DNA of 64,000 bases, taken from positions 108,810,001-108,874,000 of the forward strand of contig NC_042998.1 in the NCBI RefSeq assembly GCF_006345805.1, given 5' to 3'. Every line of letters begins with the position of its first letter. Within the stretch, counting starts at the first letter, position 1. This document shows, in pieces, positions 39,670 to 55,015 of the stretch. Both the position numbers and the translations under genes were made by a program. The notes under the pieces were generated by a model. The model made no database searches, was not told the DNA's origin, and was given only the letters and a program-made list of their open reading frames with translations. This DNA comes from Octopus sinensis. Lineage: Eukaryota.

Positions 39670-40150
39670 GTATTATATAATATACACACACATATATATA
39701 TGTATATATATGTATATATATATATGTATATATATATGTATATATAAACATACATATATACATATCCATTATATATATATATACAGTATATATAACACAT
39801 ATGTATACATAGATCTATATATATATATACACACACACATATATATACATATGTATACATATACACACACGTATATATATATATATAAATATACATATAT
39901 ATATATATATGTATATACATATATATATACGTATATATGTATATATATGCATATATATATATTTATATATGTATGTATATAGTTATATATATATATTTAT
40001 ATATGTATGTATATAGTTATATATATGTGTGTGTATATTTATATAAATGTATGTATATATATATATGTATATATGCATATATATACATATGTGTATATAT
40101 ATATGTATACAGATATATATATGTGTGTATGTGTCTTAAATATATATATA
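39520..40150. repeat. Degenerate (AT)n/(AC)n low-complexity tract
   Basis: Directly visible. Similar tracts lie at 41400-41890, 45150-47160 and 48980-49960. Confidence 0.92.
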
Positions 40151-40447
40151 TCACCGTGATCACCGTAACCGACCAGACTATCAGATGTTGCTACACATCG
40201 CTGGTCACAATGCGTTTCGCATTGTTTTAGCCTTCAAATGACGCTACCCGGCTAGCTAAGCGAGCAGGTCAACAGACGAAACAGTGGCAGAAAGTTCTGG
40301 CGAAAGAGTACAGCAGGGATCGCCAGCCACCACCACCCTGCTGGAGTGTCGGCGAGCTTTAGGTGTTTTTGCTCAATAAACACTCACAACGCCCGGTCTG
40401 GGAATCGAAACCTCAGTCTTACGACCGCGAGTCCGCTGCCCTAACCG
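40150..40447 (-). mobile_element. tRNA-derived SINE family D
   Basis: The minus-strand head GCGGTTAGGGCAGCGGACTCGCGGTCGTAAGACTGAGGTTTCGATTCCCAGACC has a tRNA-like B-box. The tail is GGTGATCACGGTGAT. Confidence 0.75.
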
Positions 40448-40481
40448 CACACACACTCACACACACATATGTATATGTATA

Positions 40482-40539
<58 letters not shown>

Positions 40540-40542
<3 letters not shown>

Positions 40543-41305
40543 CGAGACCTGGGTATTTACATGAGTGATGATGCACATTTCATGTGCATGTTGCTAAATT
40601 GGCAATGAAATGTAGGCGGTTGACCGGATGGATTCTTGGAAGCTTCAGAACAAGAGACCAGGAAACCATGATGGTCCTCTGGAGGACACTTGTCCTAAGC
40701 CACTTTGACTATTGCTCTCAGCTATGGTCACCATCCAGTGTCAAGTTAATCACAGAACTTGAGGCGATCCAACGAAGCTACACGAAGAAGATAGCCTCTG
40801 TGCAGCATATAAGCTATTGGGAAAGACTCAAGAGATTGAGACTCTATTCCTTAGAACGTAGGCGAGAAAGATATGCCATAATATACATCTGGAAGATCCT
40901 AGAATGACTTGTCCCAAACTTTGGCATCGAGAGTTACACAAATGCCAGAACTGGGCGCCACTGCATAGTGCCAAGGACTCCAAATTTGCGATCAACATGT
41001 AGGACAAGATACTGTGATAGCCTGGGCTTCAAGGCCCACAGCTCTTCAATATCCTCCCGAAGAACCTAAGAGACCTGCATGGGATGGATGCAGATGTCTT
41101 TAAAATGAAACTGGATCTCTTCTTGTCAGGTATCCCAGATGAACCAACTTCACGGCAGGAGGTGCAGATGAGGGCAGCTGCATCGAACTCTCTCATTGCA
41201 CCAAATGGCAATTGCTAAAAAGCATTCGTGAAGTAAAATCACGTAGCAACACCAAATGGCGGTGCCCCAGCATGGCCACAGCAATTGAGCTGAAACTAGA
41301 TAAAT
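40540..41305 (+). mobile_element. CR1/L2-group LINE 3' fragment, copy 2
   Basis: Reads VRDLGIYMSDD, then ORF 40584-40907 (LVLSHFDYCSQLWSP...LEAIQRSYTKKI...YWERLKRLRLYSLERRRERYAIIYIWKIL). The tail is GGCGGTGCCCCAGCATGGCCACAG. Confidence 0.88.
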
Positions 41306-41412
41306 AAATTAAAAAAATAAAATATATATATATATGTAAATATATATATATATATAAATTAAATTAGAGATAAGACCACTATTAGGCAAATCAAACAATG
41401 AAAAACATAGAA

Positions 41413-41443
<31 letters not shown>

Positions 41444-41509
41444 TATGTATATATATGTATATAGATCTATATATAATACATACATATATATGATATAGAT
41501 ATATTATAT

Positions 41510-41555
<46 letters not shown>

Positions 41556-41655
41556 CTATATAATATATATAACATATTATATATATGTATATATGTATAT
41601 AGATATTATATATATACATACATCATATATATGATATAGATATATAGATATATAT

Positions 41656-41692
<37 letters not shown>

Positions 41693-42442
41693 ATGATATA
41701 TATATATGTATAATATATATATATCATACATCATATATATATATATATATATACTATATATATATATATACTACATATATATATTATATTATATATATAA
41801 TATATATATATATATAATATAATATATATATATATTATATACATATATATATATAATATATATGTATACATATCATATATATATATATTAACGCTTACTT
41901 ACAGGAATGCATCAGCCCAGCCAAGCTATTTATAGTCACCCGAAATACTTTTATTGACTTTTGGTAAAATATATTAGCTGAGATTTCAAACTTAGAATAT
42001 AGTTCTCTTGGTTTGCCCTGACTAAGCAAATTTATGATCAACTATGTTCTGGAATTGACATACGCTGTTAGTTATACATAGTGTAGATAGGATCACATTT
42101 TTTTTTGCTGTGTTTCTTTATTAGACTGTCGGCTACTGTTTGCATGGATGCAGTTGCGTTGCGTTGATGTAGTTCAGTGTGGTAGGAAGATCCCTATCCG
42201 GGCATTGCTATTATTTATATACATGAACTAAAAAGTTGTTGACTTGTCATGGTCACAACGCAGTAGGAGGAAAAGTATGCCAACCGTGGACATATAGCGA
42301 ATATTAGCTTCATTATTTACAACATTTTCTGCTATATTATGTAATGCACTCTTATTTGAATGCTTGATCATTACCGTATAGCTTCAACGGAGCTACAGGC
42401 ATGCAAAATTATACATATACATACATATATACACACACACAG

Positions 42443-42483
<41 letters not shown>

Positions 42484-42850
42484 TATATATATTATAATAT
42501 ATGTACATAGCATGTGTTTGTGTGTGTGTTGTCACACACATATATGGGTATGAAATATAATTTCGAACAATCTGCGGGGTGGGGATGGGTGTTGTAGTTT
42601 AAACTATTTAACCCTGCGTTAGTCACATGAGTTGTTTGGTGACCCTTCGCCACCAAAAAAACATTTAAAAAAAAATCCTCCTAATACCCAGTCGGCAACT
42701 TGTTTCTCTTGACCCCTCCTACTACTCTCCTGATTCAGTGAGAGTGGATACCACGCGGTGTAGTGCTGTTGTAACTTAATTGTCGTGGGGAATATACATA
42801 CCCTTGTTTTCAACCGGTGGTGAATCAGAGTGAACAGTAATGGCTATATA

Positions 42851-43064
42851 CGAGGGAGTGCTGAAGGTTCCTAGCTTGGACATAAAACATAGAGGAAGAT
42901 CAGTTAATTACGATCGTATTCAACATATTCCCCTCTCAGATTCACACACTTAATGCAACGGTCCTTCAGTTTTTCTAAGTCCTGTAAAAGTACTCGGAAG
43001 GTTGGGCCTCTAACAATGCCTTTTGCGACACCCTTAAAGCCAGGAAGTTTTCAGCAGCCCCTCG
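42851..43064. mobile_element. Mariner-type MITE, 214 bp
   Basis: Imperfect ~28-bp TIRs (CGAGGGAGTGCTGAAGGTTCCTAGCTT versus the reverse complement of the right end, CGAGGGGCTGCTGAAAACTTCCTGGCTT) with TA on both sides (42849-50, 43065-66). Confidence 0.8.
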
Positions 43065-44726
43065 TAATGAGCTCACATAATTTTTCTTTGCATTTCAATT
43101 CCTTAAAATATATTGTGGCTATTTTTGGATGAATAAAACTTTTCAATATTATTGTATTGGCTGTTTCACCTACAATTTACAACATTTAAAACATGTAACA
43201 AGTTTACTTTAATTTGCATTTCAATAAAGTTTTGATTTAATTTATATCGTAAAAGAGATTGCCTGTTATGCTACTTTTCTCAGTAGTATGACAATATTTT
43301 ACATAATTGTAACACTATAAGTATTTTTGTATTGGGGTGTTTAAACACCCCAGGGGACTATCCATTTTCGGAAATTCTAGGTTACTAATGCAGGGTAAAT
43401 CGACCCGAGTACTTGAAGCGTACTGATTTTATCACTCCCGTTAGAGTAAGAGTCAAAGTTGTCCACGGCCAAAGAGGGACAAATCTAAATTTCCATCAAA
43501 GCATTTATTTCAACGTTACACAGATTCCGACTTTTCACTAACTTACATTCATATAAAATGCATATACGATATTTATTCAATAATAATTAGTACTAAACAA
43601 AACGGTAGATTTCTGAAAAGATTTAAATGTCAAGGTTAAAAATTCTTGAAGTTAGGAAAACACCTCACTCTCGGCAAGTGAACCCCAGTTGGGTTAGTTT
43701 AATGATAATATACGTTGGATAGAAAGGAAATTTAATATTTTCTTTTCAGTGGAAAAGTATCCGCCGTAATAAATAAGATGATGATAATGATGATGATGAC
43801 GACGACGATGATGATGATGATGATGATGATGATGATCATCATCATCATCATCATATATGTAAAATAACAAATATTCATGATAGACAATAAAAACAGTAAA
43901 CGTTTAAATTAATTAGAATTAAGTGAATAGTTTCTATTTTGGTTTTGATGGCAGAGAGGAAATGTAGCAACATCAAGACAGTTACTACATTTTATCACGC
44001 TCAATCCTTCTCTTCCTTGTCCCTCCCTCCTCCTCCTTCCCCTCCTTTTTCACCTCCTCCTCCTCATCATCATCATCATCATCATTATCATCATGATCAT
44101 CATGATCATCATCATCATCATCACCACCACCATCATCATCATCATCATAAACATGATCATTTCCATCAACACCACAACCAACACTATTACCACCACCACT
44201 ACCCCTCAACCCACCCAGTCATCAACATCATCATTATTTTGAAAGTGCTCTACTATGACATAAGGTAAAATATTGAGACCAATAAAAACTAAAGAATAAA
44301 ACAATTGTCATCACCATTATCATTTTCTTCCTCCTCGTTATCATCATCTATCTAAACAGTGTGGGTAGACAAGTAGTGGATCTATGTGATGAACAATGAA
44401 GTATCCACTAAAGCACATTTAATTTGTATTTATTAAAATATTCAACAAAAGATTCATAATTATTGCGAAAGAAACTGCTATAAATATAGTCCCATATTCT
44501 TTAATGCACAAATCCATACTCGGCTGCCTCTTTTCCATTCCTAGCGGACTCCCGAATTATTAGAAAAGGCAGTCGAATTTTCCTCAAATGACACTCAAAT
44601 GCCCAGATGAAAGTAAGTGCTGGGTTGGAAACGACTGTTGGAAAGCTTTTGATTATGGATCTCTTCCTTCAGTCTTTAACAAGCATTAACATCAACAACA
44701 AAGCTTATTATTTAAAGGCACACACG

Positions 44727-44817
<91 letters not shown>

Positions 44818-44870
44818 ACACACACACACACACACACACCCCACCACACACACCAAACACACACGCACAC

Positions 44871-44904
<34 letters not shown>

Positions 44905-45371
44905 AACTCAAATACACATAAATGCATGCGCACACATATACTTAAAATAGCTACATCTTTAAATTATACCTCATATCTTAAGAAGAAATGCATTAGATAA
45001 TGTAGTTCTAGGTCCACTTTGCTGAAAATAAGATGCCATAATCATGGTTGAATCGCTTTCCATCATAGGCTAGTTTTAGCCACAACTAACCTGGTGTTAT
45101 ACAACAACTAGTTATATCGACAAAGTTTCTATGTATGTATTCATGTATGCTTATATATATATATATCTGTAAACGTTCTATATGACAAATATATATATAT
45201 ATGTGTGTGTGTGTGTGTCTGTGCTTACGTAATACATACATGAATGCATATATATATATATTATATATACATATATGCATTCATGTATGTGTATGTATAT
45301 ATGTATATATACACACACACATATATATTTATGGATGCATGTATTATGTATGAAAGTAGACACACACTCAC

Positions 45372-45402
<31 letters not shown>

Positions 45403-46265
45403 TATATGCATACACACAGACACATACACACACACACGCACACACACTCAATTATATATTCACCGGCGCACAATGTACTGTATGGTGAACATGGCATATA
45501 TGTGGACAAATACGTATATGTACCACATAAGCACATGTAAATCTGTTTTTAATGTTCATAATTGTGTGTGTAATTGTAATGAAGCATTTAAGACACGAAA
45601 ACAAACGCAAATACACGGACACAGAGAGTTTCACATAAACACAAACATAAAAGAAAAAAAAACACAGAAAAAGAAACATAAACAACTACAAACACACATA
45701 CGCACTCGGACACACATACACAAGCGCATACACATACACACGCGCTTGCGCATACATACATGCACACGACTGTACATGAGATCTCATATATACAATATAA
45801 ACGTACATATACGTCTATACAATAAGCTTGATTTGTCAACTAAATATTCAGTTGCAAATTATACATACACACGAGTACATACACATGACCACACACACAC
45901 ACACACACTTGCAAATGCAGGTGTGGTGGTGGTGGTGGTGGTGGGGTGGGGTTGTGCGTACATGTGTGACTTAGAGTGTTTGTGTGTGTGACACAAGTCG
46001 GTGAGCAATACGTGCAAATTTATAAAGGTGATTCTGTATATCGATTGACAGATGAATTGGTCGATACCTGGATGAATGAAATAATAGTTAAGAAAGAAAT
46101 AAAGGGATAGTGTGACATTTAGAGAAGGATTAAACAAATTATAACGCTGTTATATTTTCTCTGAGCGTCTTAAATGCATACGTGCCTATAAGTGCATGAC
46201 ATGTATGTATTATGCATGCATGCATGCATGCATGTATGGATGCAGCATTTCTATACATGTAGGCA

Positions 46266-46330
<65 letters not shown>

Positions 46331-46350
46331 CTCTCTCTCTATATATATAT

Positions 46351-46411
<61 letters not shown>

Positions 46412-46439
46412 TATATATATATATATATATATACTATAC

Positions 46440-46477
<38 letters not shown>

Positions 46478-46800
46478 GTGTGTGTGTATATATAAATATA
46501 CATATATGTATATATATATATTTATTCATTTATTTATATATATATATATATACACGTATACATATGTATATACATATATAAATGCATACATACATATGTG
46601 TGTGAGTGTGTATGTGTGTGCGAGTGTGTGTGTGCGTGTGCGTGTGTACTAAATATGTAGAAATACAAAATCAAATGCTAGAGAGGGCAATACGGGTAAG
46701 GACCTAAACAGAACGATACATTGATAATAACAAGAAATGCATTGAGTTACAGGTAAACAGACAAATACATGCACACACACACACACACACACACACATAC

Positions 46801-46834
<34 letters not shown>

Positions 46835-46964
46835 CATGTATGTTTATATATACATGTATGTATGTATATATATGCATGTTTATATACACATGTATGTATG
46901 TATGTATATATATGTATATGTATTTTCATACATACATTTTTATGCACGTCTTTATGTGCATGTA

Positions 46965-47034
<70 letters not shown>

Positions 47035-47270
47035 GATATATATAGATAGATATAGATATATATACATACACACACATATATATATATTATATATATAATA
47101 TATATAATATATATACACACACACATATATATATATATTTATATAGCATAAATATATATTTATTTATTTATTTATATTCATCTACACGCTCATACAGAAT
47201 TAGAAGGAGACGATAGGCATGTAGATGGTTGGATGGATAGATAGATAGATAGATAGAGATAGATAGATAT

Positions 47271-47364
<94 letters not shown>

Positions 47365-47455
47365 TAAATAACATTGTTAATATTTGTTGCTATTTTGATT
47401 ATATCTCATGTCTCTTACTAACTGTTATCTCTTTTATTTTATGTTCTACTTTCAG

Positions 47456-48916
47456 GTTACCCGTCCAGGCGAGGGAAAGTTGTCGCGATATGGCCAAGTC
47501 TCCCACATTAAGTGTCGTTGTCAATTCCTCAGACAGTCTCTCACCTTCAATAAATAGTAGCAGCGATGGTTTGTTTCTTCCCGTGGCCTCTAGTCCATTG
47601 TCTGTACCCCCGATCGCCATGCAAGAGTCCTCATCAGCAATCACCACACCAATGGGAGGGAGCACGACCAACCTTCCAGGCGTCAGCCTTGGACTATCTC
47701 CGACAGTTTTTAAGGAATTCGACCATGTATCAAATAACAACAACGACGTCCTGCCGTCGTCCAAGTCGCCCGGTACGGGTAGCCCTGGAAATACGACGAC
47801 GACGACGACGACGACGACGACCAGCACCACCACAAGTACCACCACCACCGCCACCACAACCACCACCACAGCCACCACCCCAGCTGCTATCAACGTGAAC
47901 AACCCGACCGTTACCACGGCTACCGGGCCTGCCAGTACCACTACACCCACACAAGGATCAGTGCAATCAAATATCGGTGCAAGACCCCCTTATCTATTAG
48001 TCGGTGGTGGCGGAATCGGTGGTGGAGGGGGCGGTATCGGTGTCGGCGTTGGTGGCTTCGGCAGTGGTGGTGGTGGTGGTGGTATTGGTGGTGGTGGTGG
48101 TGTCGGAGATAGTGGCTACAACCCCGGTGGCGGCAACGTTGGCGGTATTCTTAGTGTTGGTGGGGGTGGGGGTGGGGGTGTTCATGGTGGTGGCGGTAGC
48201 ATTGGCAGCGTCGGCAGTGGTGGTGGTAGTAGTAGTAGTAGTGGCAGTGGAGGTCTAGTGGTTGTTGTCGGAGGTTCTCCGGCAACGGAGTTAGTGGTAC
48301 CTCCTGCTCAGTCAACAACACCAGTGACAGCCACCATACCTTCGCCGCATTTTCAGCGGTCGGATTCAGTTAAGTTCCGACCACCACCAAGTAGTGGCGC
48401 GCCCCGCTCGCCTCATCAACCAATCGGACATTCCACGCCCCCCCGAGCTTCTCGCCGTGTTCCGAGTTTGAAATTAAAGCGGCTGAATGTAGCAGCGGCA
48501 GCCAGAGCGGAGAGAACAGAAAAGACAGAAGCTACTATGCCATGCTTACCGCAAAGCAACCCTAACCCTTCAATAACTATAACTATAGACTCAGATGATG
48601 AATCGGTCTATAGTGACTACCTCAGTCCCGAAATTAATTACAAGAGTGATGCTCGGGTACAGTTCATAGGGGACGATACAAGTTTGTATGGAACACCTAA
48701 AGAAGAGCTTTTACCGTGCCGTGAGGAAAACGTTACCGTTGAAAACAGTAAGTCTAGTCCGACTAGTTTTCTAAAAGACCAGATCTACTCATTCTTCCAG
48801 CCATCGGATAACAAATTAGCTATGAAGCTTTTCGGAAACAAAAATGCACTCTATAAAGAGAAGATGCGTCACAAGAGGGTCGGCAACTGGGTTATACACC
48901 CGTGCAGCAACTTTAG
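47456..48916 (+). CDS. HCN: Coding exon of a hyperpolarization-activated cyclic nucleotide-gated (HCN/Ih) channel: long low-complexity N-terminus plus the HCN domain preceding S1 (partial gene)
   Basis: ORF 47490-48920 ends in KDQIYSFFQPSDNKLAMKLFGNKNALYKEKMRHKRVGNWVIHPCSNFR, the HCN pre-S1 signature. A polypyrimidine tract and acceptor (tttcag|g) lie at 47455/47456. The donor AG|GTAAGT at 48916/48917 splits the Arg codon, matching the exon boundary after IHPYSDFR in vertebrate HCN genes. The frame is open from the acceptor to ATG 47490, so the true start may be in an upstream exon. Confidence 0.93.
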
Positions 48917-49140
48917 GTAAGTACACAATCGTTAATTCAATCACACACAGATTCATCCACACACAAATACACAAAGACATATGCATAGCTACATAAACAG
49001 GTAACGCACGTATGTACATAAACATTTTTATCTGCATGTATATATATATATACATATATAAAATATATAAAATATTTTTTACATATGTGGACAGAGCAAA
49101 TATTTATTTGTACAAATATGTGTGTACATGTGTGAATGTA

Positions 49141-49197
<57 letters not shown>

Positions 49198-49249
49198 GTA
49201 TATATATATGTATATTTATATATATATATATAATATATATATATATATA

Positions 49250-49334
<85 letters not shown>

Positions 49335-49696
49335 ATATATTTACATAAAGACACACATACACACACTCGTTTATGTAATGTACATATTTGATATAATTTA
49401 ACTGGCAGTGATTTCGAACTTTCGCCGGGTAGCTGCGTTATTTGAACCTTGTCAATTAGATTATAATGAATATCAGGCTTTACACATGTATGGAGTCATT
49501 TATTCAGTCACTATTCATTATTTTTGTGCATATAAAAATGTATATTTTTAACTACCTGTATACACCCACACACATATGCACAATCTTTAATATATACGAA
49601 TTTAAAACAATCATAAAGCAAAAGAGGACTCAATGCTTGTGTTTGAGTATATTTGTTGTTTCTTATAGCCGAACCCACACAAACACACGTATTTCG

Positions 49697-49745
<49 letters not shown>

Positions 49746-50089
49746 TTTATTTACATATAAGTGGGTGTGTGTTTGTGTGTGTGTATATATATATATATAT
49801 ATTCATACATACACGCACACATATATATGTATGTGTATATGTATGTATATACATATCTATATATACATGTGTGTCAGTGAGTTTGTGTGCGTGTATATAT
49901 GTATGTATGTATGCTTGTACGTATGTATGTATGTATGTATATTAATGTATGCCTTCTTAATACTACTTACTGATTATCTTCAGGTAAGTATTTATTTCTT
50001 GACATTCTACCTTTCTGCACACCTTTCAATCTTTCCTTACTTCCTTTATGAACGGTCATTCATAAGTTGTTGCTACTGCAGCTGTTGAT

Positions 50090-50188
50090 ACAACAACCAC
50101 TACCACCAACACCACCACCAACACCACCACCACCACCACCACCACCACCACCACTACCACCACCACCACCACCACCACCACCACCACC

Positions 50189-50232
<44 letters not shown>
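50090..50232. repeat. (ACC)n-(ACT)n trinucleotide microsatellite in the HCN intron
   Basis: Directly visible. Confidence 0.92.
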
Positions 50233-50737
50233 AGATGTTTAGCTAAAACGGTTATCACTGATGCTTCTGTTGCGATGACTTTCTTTATCTTATATTCTTC
50301 GTGTTGCTGCCATTGTTGTCTTTTGTTTCTCTCTGATTATAATTAGACAGGTGTTGTCATTAAAGGCATCTTGTTCTACCTCAAGCTAATGACAATTTTC
50401 TACTAGTATAGAGTACTGGAGTGATAGTTACCATTGCTCGCTTGTCAAACTACTTATCATCACAAAACAATCTTACTTTCTTTTCGGCCATATTTTTTAG
50501 CGTTGTTTTATATGTTCGCGTGTTTTGCGCGCATTTGTATTGCGAGTGTTTCTGTGCGTCTCTGTATTTGTCCATATGTGCGAGTTTGTGTATGTGTGTG
50601 TGATTGCTTGTTTGTATGTGTGTATTTATTTGTGAGTATATACATGCTTATGTGCGAATGTTCTTGTGTATATTCATGCTTGTGTCGGTTTGCGTGTATA
50701 TGTGTACCTGTGTGTGTATGTGCATATTTGTATGTAT

Positions 50738-50773
<36 letters not shown>

Positions 50774-51075
50774 GTGTATTTTTGTGTGTATGTTTAAATG
50801 TGTTCTAAAGGATGTGTGTTTGCGTGTGTTGTGACTTTCTCTGTTGTCACAAGTATTCGATTACTTCACATTTGACATCACAAACTCCACAGCTTGCTTG
50901 TCGCTGTTCATACTGCTACTACACTGGCATTTACATCCACTGCAACTACATTAAAAATTACCACTGCCGTCATCATCATCATCGCAATTCCTATACTGGC
51001 AAAAATTTCTAAAAACTAAAACAACTACTACCGCATCACAACTACTGAAACTACAGACATCACCACAACCACAGT

Positions 51076-51113
<38 letters not shown>

Positions 51114-51560
51114 TTACTATTACTACTACTACTACTACTATAAAAAACTATCACTACTACAACACTAATCACCGTCACCAACACTGAACCACCACTACTT
51201 TAAGTACAACTAAAACAACCATCTCAGCAACCACTACCGATACTATAATAATAATAATAATAATAATAACTGTAACAACAACCACTAATACTATTACTAC
51301 ATTTATTACAACTGAGCTAAGGGGAGTAACTCAAATGAGTCAATAGTAAAAATTTAGCCAAGTGCTTCTATATGGAATGGCGTACACAGGGAATTCTTAA
51401 TTAATTGATATTTACCTTTTAGTTAGAGAAAGAAAACAAGAGCCTAGCGACAAGTACTCCAACAGCTGCCACGACAAAAAAAAAAACAATAACAACATTA
51501 ACCACTACTACCACCACCACTGCCACTTCCACCACATGTAGTAGTAATAGTAGTAGTAGT

Positions 51561-51595
<35 letters not shown>

Positions 51596-51991
51596 AAATT
51601 ACGCCTATTCAATGAGATTGTAATATTGCAACTACTTCTACAAACCCCACTGGCACCAGCGCTACCACTACGACTATTAATGTCACTGCTGCTCCTGCTG
51701 CTACTACTACTACTACTACAACAACAACAACTACTACTACTATAACAACTACTACTACTACTACTCTGTTGATGCTGTGAGTTTTGCAAATGCTGCTGTT
51801 GCTGTTGCTGCTTTTAAGGCTGCAGCAGTCACAGAAGTAGCAGCTGCAACAGCAGCAGTGACAGCAACTTCAGAAGTATGCTTGTGACGACACCACCAAT
51901 CAATCTTACGAATTTGTCTCTCTCACTATTCACACACTTGATGGCAATACCTTATTGCACATTAGATTATATACACACGCGCACACGCACG

Positions 51992-52035
<44 letters not shown>

Positions 52036-52200
52036 ATATATATATCCGCACGGACGCATACTTGTAAACATACTCTCACTTGATAGCAATGTAATATTAC
52101 ATGTTATTATACATATACATAAATGCATTTTCATATACAATCTCTCTCTCCCTTTCTCTCTCCATCCATCCATCCATCCATCCATCCATTCATCTATCTG

Positions 52201-52244
<44 letters not shown>

Positions 52245-53182
52245 CTTTTCTCTTTTTCTTCTCCCCCTCTGTGTTTTCATTATATTATCATATAAAAATA
52301 TCCACACGTGGTATCACTAAAAATTGTGCATCCAGGATCACTTTCTAACTGCACCAGCTGTCATATAATACGCTTTATAAAGGTGAAGAATAAAACGTTT
52401 TGATGTCTTCAAGCTTTCCCCGCGTGGTTTAACTAGTAGGGTCACACATAGATAACCAAGTAAGACGTACTAACAGATACACAAATATACAAGTGCATTA
52501 ACCAGATTCATGATCAAATCAGAATCTCATATAGAGGTACTCAGCACGGAAACATTTACATGACTATATATCTAGTAGAAATAACAAGCAAAACTACCCC
52601 AGATCACAATCTCATGCCTTTAAAACGAACAGAATTACGCTATTGAACAAGAGTTAGAAAATAAATTAGAATATACAAGTTATATACAACTAATATTCCA
52701 TATTATATACACGAGCTGGCCATTACCAGGTCGTTTTGCAAGAAAGAGCAGCAAAATTTAAAACTCTCATTGGATATGTTTGAGGCCACATATGTAAAGG
52801 AGAAACCAATTGGTGCAGGTGAAATATCTGCTGGATTAGGGCTGACTTGTGGCTGAACAACAAAAACAACAACAAAGGCAGTAGCAGCATCAACACCAAC
52901 GACCACAATAACAAAAGAACATACTACAGATAGACAGGCAAACTACAGTTTTTTAATCTATCTTTTACTTCTTCATTTCTTTTTGGTTACAAGTTGCTGC
53001 TAACTCTTCTTCAATGAAATGCCTCCAGCTTTAGATCACAATATTTCACAAATACCACTAATTTTATAACGCTTTTGCCACATTCTACTTGTTTTCTTTA
53101 GTCTTTCTAATTCTCATACTCACTACAACTACACACTACCACCTCCCCTTCTGCTAACTACTACTACTACTACTACTACTAC

Positions 53183-53245
<63 letters not shown>

Positions 53246-53247
<2 letters not shown>

Positions 53248-53632
53248 TCAAATTTTGGCCACAAGGCCAGCTTGGGGGAGGTGGGGATACGTCGATTATA
53301 TCGACCTCAGTGTTCAACTGGTACTTATTTCATCGATCCCGAAAGAATGAAAGACAAAGTCGACAACGGCTGAATTTGAACTCAGAACCTAGTGGCGGGC
53401 GAAATGCCACTAAGCGTTTTGCCTGGCATGCTAATGATTCTGCCATGCCGACGTCTTAATCATAATCCTTTCTACTATAAGCACAAAGCCTGAAATTTAG
53501 TGGGAGGGGTCCATTCGGTTACATCGACCCCAGTGTTTCATTGATACTTAATTTATCGACCCCAAAAGGATGAAAGGCAAAACCAACCTCGGCGTTTTGC
53601 TCGTGTGCGAACGATTCTGCCAGCTTTCCGTC
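53246..53632 (-). mobile_element. Two tandem SINE family B copies between (ATT)n and (AAT)n tracts
   Basis: Copies at 53246-53458 and 53465-53632. The minus-strand head carries a B-box (GAGTTCAAATT) and the core GTCGACTTTG(C/T)CTTTCAT. Confidence 0.75.
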
Positions 53633-53634
53633 TA

Positions 53635-53683
<49 letters not shown>

Positions 53684-53692
53684 GTAATAATA

Positions 53693-53742
<50 letters not shown>

Positions 53743-53755
53743 AATAATAATAATG

Positions 53756-53808
<53 letters not shown>

Positions 53809-53809
<1 letters not shown>

Positions 53810-54934
53810 TATGATGCGAGCATATGTGATCAGGGAGAAATATCAACACTGGCTAGAAGGACGAGAAAGTTGATGACGCTACATGGGGCGCTACAACCTA
53901 AAGCAAACGCAAACATACGGTAATTGAAAATAAAAATGGTGGCAGAGGACTGATTAGTATAGACCATTGTATAAGGAGTGAAAGGGGAACGCTTGCCGAG
54001 TATTTGATAATAATGATGAAGACCTGCTGCAATGTGCCGCGAAAGATATGGATGTTAAGGCAGAGAAATAATGGGTAAGGAAGAGATTAATCAAAGAGCT
54101 GAGTAGAAAATAAAAGAAAACCTTAAAATGAGAACGCATGGAGGGTTTGAAAGAAATACACAGAACGTTAAGGATAATACAGCACCGTGGGCATGGCTTG
54201 AGCGAGGTGATTTGAAGCTTACCACCGACAGCCTGATCATTGCTGCACAAGACCATGCTCTGGCTACCAATTCAGTGAAGTATAACATCTATAAAACTTC
54301 TGACACCCAGAAATGCAGACTCGGTAGAAAGGGTGTGGAAAATATGGACCGCTTGGTAAGTGGATGTGAGAGTCTTGCACAAAAAGAATACAAGCGTCGT
54401 CAGAGCTTTTATGCCGTAGATACCAATATGAAGTAAGAGAGAAGTGGTATGAGCATGTACCAAGTAAATTTATGCAGGAGGATAGAAAAGTAACGATACT
54501 CTGGGACTATCATTTTCAGTCGGATCATGTAATCAAACGTCGTCGACCTGATATTGTCATACTTAATAAGAGAGACAAATACTGTCAGATTATTGATGTA
54601 GATATACCAAATGACATGAATATTGTGAGTAAAGAGGTTGAAAAAAATCACAAAGTACTCCGAATTGAAAGTAGAAATGACAAGGCTGTATGGAATGCGA
54701 GAAAGTAATGTAAAAATGATACCAGTGGTGATCGGAGCGTTGGGCTCAATTCCACTGAAACTGCAAGACTTCTTAAGGCAACAGGAAATCCCATGAAAGA
54801 TTGAAGTCTTGCAAAAAGTAGCCTTATTGGGCACAACACACATCTTAAGGAAAGTATCATCTGTCTAAGGTCCTGGTTGTGACTTGACAGATGACGAGTC
54901 ACGGTGCATTTTTGCCTACGCTGTGTTACGAAGG
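53809..54934 (+). mobile_element. Dong/R4-clade non-LTR retrotransposon 3' fragment D1 in (AAT)n
   Basis: Fragments translate TRKLMTLHGALQPK, DSLIIAAQDHAL...KCRL...LVSGC and ILWDYHFQSDHVIKRRRPDIVILNKRDKYCQIIDV (PD..D restriction-like endonuclease). Flanked by (AAT)n. Confidence 0.88.
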
Positions 54935-54959
54935 AATAATAATGATAATAATAATAATA

Positions 54960-55000
<41 letters not shown>

Positions 55001-55015
55001 TATAATAATAATAAT

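Noticed and set aside
47399-48258. ORFs overlapping the HCN exon on the other strand or in other frames (47399-47950, 47566-47898, 47730-47954, 47997-48185, 48004-48258)
   Set aside because: Shadow ORFs of the GC-rich trinucleotide-repeat coding exon.
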